From: a bacterium
Lineage (GTDB): Bacteria; UBA8248
Direction of reading: 5' to 3'
DNA: 64,000 nt
Assembly (NCBI GenBank): GCA_965213685.1
Contig: CBDBZY010000031.1
Span: 192,001 to 256,000, forward strand
The notes beneath the pieces are model-generated. The model had not been told where the DNA came from. It ran no database searches and was given only the letters and a program-made list of their open reading frames with translations. The stretch's first letter is position 1, and every line of letters starts with the position of its first letter. This document shows positions 57,652 through 64,000 of this stretch, one piece after another. The position numbers and the translations under genes were made by a program.

Positions 57652-59148
57652 TCATGAAATGGCGGCGTCCCGCCTTTTCCACAGGGAGGTTCTCCTCAGA
57701 AAAACGCTGGCGAGGTAGAGCAGCGCCACCGCCAGAAACGCCAGGCTGATCGGCTTGCGCACGAAAATTCCCGGATCGCCGTCCGAGAGGATGAGCGCCA
57801 TCCTCGCGTTCTTCTCGAACACGGGGCCCAGGATGATCGCCAGCAGCAGGGGCATGATCGGATAGTCGAACTTCTGCATGAAAAAACCGAGCAGCCCGAA
57901 GCCGACCATCAGGAAGACGTCGAAAAAGCTGTTCTGAAGCGCGAACGCCCCGATGACGCAGAACACGGCGATGCTCGGAAAGAGCAGCCCCGGCGGCACG
58001 CGCAGCACCTGGACGAACAGGCGGATGCCCAGGAGCGCGATGGCGATTGTCAGGAACAGGGCGATGAAGAAAGAGCCGAACACGGAAAACACGAACCCGC
58101 CGTGGCTCTCGAACAACAGGGGGCCCGGGGCGAGCCCCTGGATGGTGAGCGCGCCGAGCATCACGGCGGTGACGGGGTCGCCGGGAATTCCCAGCGTGAG
58201 CATCGGGATCATCGCGCCGCCGGTCATGGCGCTGTTGGCGGCCTCGGGCGCGGACACGCCCTCCAGGCTTCCCTCCCCGAACGATTCCGGCTCCGCCGAG
58301 CGGCGCTGCGCCGTGTTGTAGCTCAGCACGGCGGCGACGGCGCTTCCCGTCCCGGGCAGCAGCCCGACCGCGGTCCCGATGAGGGAGGAGAGCGCGAGCG
58401 TCTTGCGGAGACCGAACAGGACCGCCGGCGTGGGCAGCAAATCGCGCAGGCGCGTGGAGAAGCGCGGCAAGGAGAGGGCGGAGCCGCGCATCCCCGAGAT
58501 GATCTCGGGCACCGCGAAAAGCCCTATCATCACCGGCAGGAAGGAGACGCCCTGCTGAATCTGGACGACGGAAAACGTGAAGCGCGGTATCGAGTCGATG
58601 GGGTCCATGCCGACGGTGGAGAAGCCGAGGCCCAGCACGCCCGAGATGAGCGCCTTGCGCATCGAGGACTGGGCGAATCCGCAGATGAGGCAAAGCCCCA
58701 GCAGGACGAGTGCGGCCAGCTCCGGCGCGCCGAAGTTCAGGGCGAAATCCGCCAGCTGGGGGGCGATGGTCGCCAGACAGACGAGGCTGAACAGCCCGCC
58801 CAGGAAGCTGGAGAAAAAGGCCACTCCCAGCGCGACCCCGGCCCGCCCCCTCCGGGCGAGCGGGTGTCCGTCCAGGCTCGTGACGATGGCGGCGGGATTC
58901 CCCGGAATGTTGAGCAGGATGGCCGAGATGCTCCCCCCGGTCATTCCGCCGACGAAAACCCCCACCAGAAGGCTCATCGACGTCCCGCTCGCCATGTGAA
59001 AGGTGAAGGGCAGCAGGAGGATGATGCCCATGCTCACCGTGAGGCCGGGGATGGCCGCGAACACGATTCCCAGAAAACTTCCCAGGACGGCGAACAGAAG
59101 GGGCTTGAGCTCCAGGGCGCGGAGGAGGCCATCCGCCAGAAGGTCCAT
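57652..59148 (-). CDS. tctA: Tripartite tricarboxylate transporter permease TctA
   Basis: GGSISAILLNIPG, LPGTG, PEAANSA, LTLGIPG. Confidence 0.93.
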   Translation of the reverse strand: MDLLADGLLRALELKPLLFAVLGSFLGIVFAAIPGLTVSMGIILLLPFTFHMASGTSMSLLVGVFVGGMTGGSISAILLNIPGNPAAIVTSLDGHPLARRGRAGVALGVAFFSSFLGGLFSLVCLATIAPQLADFALNFGAPELAALVLLGLCLICGFAQSSMRKALISGVLGLGFSTVGMDPIDSIPRFTFSVVQIQQGVSFLPVMIGLFAVPEIISGMRGSALSLPRFSTRLRDLLPTPAVLFGLRKTLALSSLIGTAVGLLPGTGSAVAAVLSYNTAQRRSAEPESFGEGSLEGVSAPEAANSAMTGGAMIPMLTLGIPGDPVTAVMLGALTIQGLAPGPLLFESHGGFVFSVFGSFFIALFLTIAIALLGIRLFVQVLRVPPGLLFPSIAVFCVIGAFALQNSFFDVFLMVGFGLLGFFMQKFDYPIMPLLLAIILGPVFEKNARMALILSDGDPGIFVRKPISLAFLAVALLYLASVFLRRTSLWKRRDAAIS

Positions 59149-59150
59149 CT

Positions 59151-59639
59151 TCAGAAGAGCCAGTCCTGGGGCAGGGGCACCCGCAGAACCTGGTGAAAGA
59201 CGTAGTTCATCAAGACGGCGCAGAGGATCGCGTGGGGGAGGATGATTCTCCAGGCGCGGACGCCGCTCCACCGTATGCAGACGGCGAGGAAAATCGCGGT
59301 CGCGGCGGAGAAGCCGACATACTGCATGGAGAGTGCGAAGCCCGCCAGCAGGAGACAGAGCGCGACCGCGTCGAGAACGTCCTTGCGCGCGATGGAAACG
59401 GGCGCGCTATCTCGGGGGGGCCTCCGGCAGTCGGCGCCGACGTCGAGCAGGACGAGAACCCCGAGCAGTGCGGCCCACAGCCAGGGAGCGAAGGCGGGCC
59501 CCAGGGGACCTTCCTCTCCCGGCCCCTGGGGCAGTTCCAGGATCAGCGAACCATACCAGACGCAAAAAACCGCCAACAGGCCCGGAACGAGTAGGCGCCC
59601 AGACCGCCGCCGCCTGATTTTTCCATGCCCCTCCGCCAT
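59151..59639 (-). CDS. tctB: Tripartite tricarboxylate transporter subunit TctB
   Basis: Several TM segments, GPAFAP, F...LRVPLP. Confidence 0.88.
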   Translation of the reverse strand: MAEGHGKIRRRRSGRLLVPGLLAVFCVWYGSLILELPQGPGEEGPLGPAFAPWLWAALLGVLVLLDVGADCRRPPRDSAPVSIARKDVLDAVALCLLLAGFALSMQYVGFSAATAIFLAVCIRWSGVRAWRIILPHAILCAVLMNYVFHQVLRVPLPQDWLF

Positions 59640-59687
59640 GAACGCCAGACCCCTCGCGGCTTGCCGCGCCTCCCGTTGCGCGGCGCG

Positions 59688-60647
59688 TTATTTCTTCTTT
59701 TTCTTCTTGTCCAGACCCAGCGATACGACGATTTTCCGGATCAGCTCGTTTTGCTCCGCCACGAAGGCAGGGAATTTGTCCGGTCCCATGTAGGAGACCA
59801 GGAAGCCCCGCTTCTCTGCGGTGGCCAGGACTTTGGAGTCCCCGGAGGCCGCCTCGAAGGCCTTGTGGAGTTTCTGAACCGCCTCGGCGGGCGTCCCCTT
59901 GGGAACGTGCAGGCCCCGGAACTGATAGAAACCGACATCCCACCCGTGCTCGCTGAACAGGGGAACCTTGGGATACGCGGGATGGCGCTTGGGGAAAGAG
60001 ACGGCCAGCATGCGGACCTTGCCCGCTTTGTGGAGGGCCAGCACCTCGGGCGGATGGACGGAGATCGCGTCCACCTCTCCGCCGAGGAGGCTCGGCACGC
60101 GGCGCTTGCCCAGCGGGACGTGGCGAAACTTGAAGCCCGCCTTCTGGGCGAGGGCGGAGGCCGTCAGCCGCGTGAAGCTGCCGGAGCCGGCGCTTCCGAT
60201 TTTCAGGGTTTTCGACTGCGCCGCCTTCACGAGGTCGGGCAGCGTCTTGTAGGGAGAATCCGCCCGGACGACGATGGCGGTCGCCTCGAACACGACGCGG
60301 GCAACGTAATCCCACGCGCGGTAATCGTAGGGCAGGCGCCCCATGTTCGTTCCGGTGAGAATCGAGGCCGAAAGCCAGCCGATCTTGTATCCGGTGGGCG
60401 GTGCGGTCTTGATGTGGGCGAAGCCGATGGTGCCCCCCGCCCCCGGGCGGTTCACGGCGACTATCGGCTGCCCCAGCACCTTCTCGGCCGCCTTCGCCAC
60501 GGTGCGCCCGGAGATGTCGGCGGCCCCGCCCGCCTTGAAGGTGATGGTCATCTCCACCGGTTTTGTCGGATACGCCGCGTGCGCGGAAGCCGTCCATCCG
60601 GCCACGGCAAAGAATGCGAATGCTGCGGCCACCCAGCCTTTCTTCAT
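59688..60647 (-). CDS. tctC: Tripartite tricarboxylate transporter substrate-binding protein TctC/Bug
   Basis: Signal peptide AHA; YPTKPV, AGGAAD, NRPGAGG; AAGGAGG RBS. Confidence 0.93.
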   Translation of the reverse strand: MKKGWVAAAFAFFAVAGWTASAHAAYPTKPVEMTITFKAGGAADISGRTVAKAAEKVLGQPIVAVNRPGAGGTIGFAHIKTAPPTGYKIGWLSASILTGTNMGRLPYDYRAWDYVARVVFEATAIVVRADSPYKTLPDLVKAAQSKTLKIGSAGSGSFTRLTASALAQKAGFKFRHVPLGKRRVPSLLGGEVDAISVHPPEVLALHKAGKVRMLAVSFPKRHPAYPKVPLFSEHGWDVGFYQFRGLHVPKGTPAEAVQKLHKAFEAASGDSKVLATAEKRGFLVSYMGPDKFPAFVAEQNELIRKIVVSLGLDKKKKKK

Positions 60648-60698
60648 GATGATTCCTCCTTGAAGGCAATGCGTCGAGAAGTCCGTCCGAATCAGTTA

Positions 60699-62207
60699 TT
60701 AATCCCGGTTCCAGGAATGCCACCTCGAAAGTCCGATGCAGACGCTTTTGACCTGGGTATACTCCCGCAGCGCCTCCTCCCCATGCTCTCTGCCGATGCC
60801 GCTCTTCTTCGAACCTCCGAACGGAATTTCGGAACCGTAGCGGTAGGTGTTGATGAACACGTTTCCGCAATCCAGGTCGGCGGCGAGCCGGTGCGCGCGG
60901 CGCAGATCGCTCGTCCAGACGTAGCTCGCCAGCCCGAATTCCGTGGCGTTGGCGTCCCGAACAGCGTCTTCGAGGGCGTGGAACTCCTGCACGGTGAGGA
61001 CGGGGCCGAAAATCTCCTCGCACGCCACCCGCATCCCCTGGTGCACTCCGGTGAGAATCGTGGGCTCCATGAAATTCCCGTCCGGTGCCCCCTCCCGCCG
61101 TGCGCGGCCGCCCCCCGCCGCGACGCGCGCGCCGTCCTCCCGGGCGGATTCGACATAACCGACGACGTCGGCCAGGTGGCCTCGGGAGATGAGCGGCCCC
61201 ATGTCGGTCGCCTCGCTCATGGCGTCGCCGACGCGAATCCTGCGGACGCGCTCCACCAGCCTGTCGACGAACGCATCGTGAATCGAGGCCGGCAGAAACA
61301 GGCGGGTTCCCGCGAAGCAAACCTCGCCCTGGCGGGCGAACACCTGGCTCATCACGCCGTCGGCGGCCTCATCGAGGTCGGCATCCTCGCAGACGATGAT
61401 GGGGCCCTTCCCTCCCAGCTCCGCCAGCACGGGCGTCACGTTCGAGGCGGCGAGGCCCAGCACCTCCAGCCCCCCCTCCGTGCCGCCGGTGAAGACGACC
61501 TTCCTGACGCCCGGGTGGCCGACGAGATGGGCACCCGTCGAGCGGCCCGCACCCGCCACGATGTTGACCACCCCCGGCGGAAAGCCCGCCTCCTCCACCA
61601 GCTTCCCGAAATACAGAACCGAGGCCAGGGCGACGGCGGAGGGCTTGATAACCACCGTATTGCCGCAGGCCAGAGCGGCCGCCAGCCCCCGGGACATGAG
61701 CTTGAGCGGGGTGTTCCAGGGAACGATGATGGCCACGACGCCCAGAGGCTCGCGCAGCGAATACAGGAGGCGGTCGTTCATGAGCGGCTGGGCGTTGCCC
61801 GCGACCTTTCCCGACCAACCGGCGAAATACTCGAAGTGACGCGCGGAGGAGGCGGACTCCAGACGGCTCTCCCGGATGGGAATTCCCGTGTTGATGGCCT
61901 CCAGCCTGGCGAGGGTCTCCGCGTGTGCGCGCATCAGCCCGGCGAGCTTGCCGAGCAGCTTTCCGCGCTCCAGGCCGGGCATCTTCTTCCAGGACGGATC
62001 GCGAAACGCCCGCCAGCAGGATTCGACAGCCGCGTCGACCTGCGCGTCCGACGCCGGGAACAGCTGGAAGATCGTCTCGTTGCTCGAGGGATTCACCACG
62101 TCCATCGGCGCGCCGCGATCGCCGCGGCGCCAGTCTCCGTGGATATGCTGCTGCTCCGCCTCCTGGGAGAGCGGGAACGCGGCCACTTTCACAACGCTGC
62201 TCGACAT
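60699..62207 (-). CDS. Aldehyde dehydrogenase family protein
   Basis: PWN, FTGGT, ELGGK, GEVCFA, EEIFGPV, PFGG. Confidence 0.95.
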   Translation of the reverse strand: MSSSVVKVAAFPLSQEAEQQHIHGDWRRGDRGAPMDVVNPSSNETIFQLFPASDAQVDAAVESCWRAFRDPSWKKMPGLERGKLLGKLAGLMRAHAETLARLEAINTGIPIRESRLESASSARHFEYFAGWSGKVAGNAQPLMNDRLLYSLREPLGVVAIIVPWNTPLKLMSRGLAAALACGNTVVIKPSAVALASVLYFGKLVEEAGFPPGVVNIVAGAGRSTGAHLVGHPGVRKVVFTGGTEGGLEVLGLAASNVTPVLAELGGKGPIIVCEDADLDEAADGVMSQVFARQGEVCFAGTRLFLPASIHDAFVDRLVERVRRIRVGDAMSEATDMGPLISRGHLADVVGYVESAREDGARVAAGGGRARREGAPDGNFMEPTILTGVHQGMRVACEEIFGPVLTVQEFHALEDAVRDANATEFGLASYVWTSDLRRAHRLAADLDCGNVFINTYRYGSEIPFGGSKKSGIGREHGEEALREYTQVKSVCIGLSRWHSWNRD

Positions 62208-62264
62208 CGCAAAACCCCTTTCATCGAATGGGCGCATCGGCCGGACGCATCAGCGCGGCTGCCT

Positions 62265-62963
62265 CTAGCCGTCCTCCAGGTTTCCGGATTGGGGGCCGGC
62301 CCACTCCTGATCGCTGAGAACGTTCTGGTGAACCACGTCGGCGTCCACGGAGGAGACGACCTCCCTGGCGACCTGCTCGTACCAGTCGGCCACGTCCTTC
62401 GGATAGTCCTTGTGGCTGGGGAGATCCTTGATGAGCGGGCCCTCCACGGAGGGGATGTCGTGTGCCCCGTCGAACTCCCGGGAGTATTCCCGTCCCTTTC
62501 GCGCGGCGAACTCCTTGTCGATGGTGGCGTCGAGCTTGAGCCACCTGCCGTCCAGGTACGCCTCTCCGAGGGAGTGCCACGGCAGCTTGCGATCCCCCCA
62601 AATCCTGGCGACCTCCTCGTTCATGAACGGCTTGTCCGGACAATGCAGCTGCTGGAAGCCGATGCGGGAGGGGATACCCGAGGCCCGGCAAAGGGCGGCG
62701 AACATGCTGGCCTTGCCCATGCAAAACGCCTTGCCGTTGTGCAGCACGTCGCTCGCCCGCCTCTTGCCCTCGGCGAGATAGCGAAACGAATCGAGAATGT
62801 CGTAGGGAAAATCGCGGACGAAATAGTAGATTTTGCCCAGCTTCTCCTTCTCGTCCGCGCAACCCTCGGTGAGTGCCGCCGCTTTCGAGACGATGTCCGG
62901 ATTGTCCGAATCGATGAATTCCGTGGGCTTCAGGCAATCGGCGATATCTTGCTTTTCGTTCAT
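62265..62963 (-). CDS. Transglutaminase-like (Cys-His-Asp) protein
   Basis: IYYFVRD, ASDVL, FCMGKA, CRASGIPSR, WHS..EAYLDGRW..LDAT; ATGA overlap with the LLM gene. Confidence 0.88.
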   Translation of the reverse strand: MNEKQDIADCLKPTEFIDSDNPDIVSKAAALTEGCADEKEKLGKIYYFVRDFPYDILDSFRYLAEGKRRASDVLHNGKAFCMGKASMFAALCRASGIPSRIGFQQLHCPDKPFMNEEVARIWGDRKLPWHSLGEAYLDGRWLKLDATIDKEFAARKGREYSREFDGAHDIPSVEGPLIKDLPSHKDYPKDVADWYEQVAREVVSSVDADVVHQNVLSDQEWAGPQSGNLEDG

Positions 62964-64000
62964 GGGGAAACCTCCCTGCTTGACGAGGCGGACTCACCGC
63001 GGCTCGAGAGACTCCTGACCAGGGGGAGAACCTCCTCTCCCGCGAGGCGAAGCATATCCATGTTGGCGACGTCGGGAATCGTGTAGAGGAAATGTCGAAC
63101 GCCCGCGTCGACGTATTCCATCATCCGATCCGCGCATTCCCTGGGTGTGCCGGCGATTATACCCGTTTTCGGAATCGCGGCAAACCGCTTCTTCTCCGCC
63201 TCGATGCGCGCGGGGTCGCGGCCGGGGAGGAGCAGACACATCAAGGAGCGCCTGAGCGTCTCCGGGTCGCGCCCCGCCTCCTCGCAGCTGGCGTCAATCT
63301 CCTCTTTGCGCTCGAGATAGCGCGCGGCGGGCCACCAGCGCACGTTGAAGCCGTCTGCGTGTCTGGCCGCGACGCGAAGCACCTTCTTCCCCTCGCCGCC
63401 GATCCATATGGGGGGCGAGGGCCTTTGCGCCGGCGGGGGGTCGCACACCGCCCCCCGTATCGTGTAGTGCGCGCCCTCGAACGCGGGGTGCGGCTCCGTC
63501 CACATCCTGCGGATCAGCTGGACGGCCTCCTCCATCTGGGCGATGCGAACCGACGCCCTCGGAAAGGGGATGCCGTACGCCTGGTACTCCTCCTGCATCC
63601 AGCCCGCGCCCAGCCCCAGGTCAAGCCGCCCGCCGCTGATGTGGTCCAGCGTCGCGCCCATCTTCGCGAGCACCGAGGGGATGCGATAGGAGTTGCACAG
63701 AACGCTGGTGCCCAGACGAAGTTTTTTCGTCGCCTGCGAGAGGGCGCTGAGCGCCGTCCACGTCTCGAGCAGGGGGATGGAGCCCGAGCCGGCGCCCCCT
63801 GCGGCCTCCTCCTTGTCGAAGCCCGCGTCCCTCGCGTAGGAGTCCGGGTCGAGCGTCAGGAAGTGGTCGCACAGCCACACCGAATCAAAACCCAGCCTCT
63901 CCGCCTCCTGCGCCACCGACTTCATCTCCCCGAAGTTTCCGACGGCGAGTCCGCGGATGGTCAGGGCCATGATCAAACCGAATTCCACGCGGGCGCTCAT
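62960..64000 (-). CDS. LLM class flavin-dependent oxidoreductase (possibly F420-dependent)
   Basis: GFDSVWLCDH, LGTSV, ATLDHISGGRL.LGLGAGW, PPIWIGG; ATG at the window edge. Confidence 0.92.
   Translation of the reverse strand: MSARVEFGLIMALTIRGLAVGNFGEMKSVAQEAERLGFDSVWLCDHFLTLDPDSYARDAGFDKEEAAGGAGSGSIPLLETWTALSALSQATKKLRLGTSVLCNSYRIPSVLAKMGATLDHISGGRLDLGLGAGWMQEEYQAYGIPFPRASVRIAQMEEAVQLIRRMWTEPHPAFEGAHYTIRGAVCDPPPAQRPSPPIWIGGEGKKVLRVAARHADGFNVRWWPAARYLERKEEIDASCEEAGRDPETLRRSLMCLLLPGRDPARIEAEKKRFAAIPKTGIIAGTPRECADRMMEYVDAGVRHFLYTIPDVANMDMLRLAGEEVLPLVRSLSSRGESASSSREVSP

Noticed and set aside
59625-63086. 1153-aa plus-strand ORF
   Set aside because: Antisense shadow of tctC, ALDH and the transglutaminase-like gene; no motifs; expected from high-GC codon bias

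Overview
High-GC bacterial chromosome segment with about 54 protein-coding genes, devoted almost entirely to solute uptake and catabolism. Transporters: a NitT/TauT-type ABC system (partial), two tripartite tricarboxylate (TctCBA) systems, a TAXI-TRAP system, an Fe(III)/thiamine/polyamine-type ABC system and urtABCDE. Other content: a complete urease operon (ureABCEFGD), many orphan catabolic enzymes (three acyl-CoA-dehydrogenase-fold proteins, two ThDP enzymes, two DapA-like aldolases, a Baeyer-Villiger monooxygenase, an amidase, an LLM oxidoreductase, a MetE-like protein, MmgE/PrpD), a lipidated subtilase autotransporter with an adjacent I78 inhibitor, a probable PPi-dependent PFK, Hsp20 and tRNA-Ser(GGA). 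No mobile elements, CRISPR arrays or transcription-factor genes were recognised. Two genes carry +1 homopolymer frameshifts. The most striking unexplained element is a small structured transcription unit divergent from the tRNA (about 11958-12158), with a 16-nt perfect complement of the typical 16S rRNA 3' end, a 12-codon ORF, nested stems and a strong terminator. All product calls come from motifs recognised by eye; no database searches were run.
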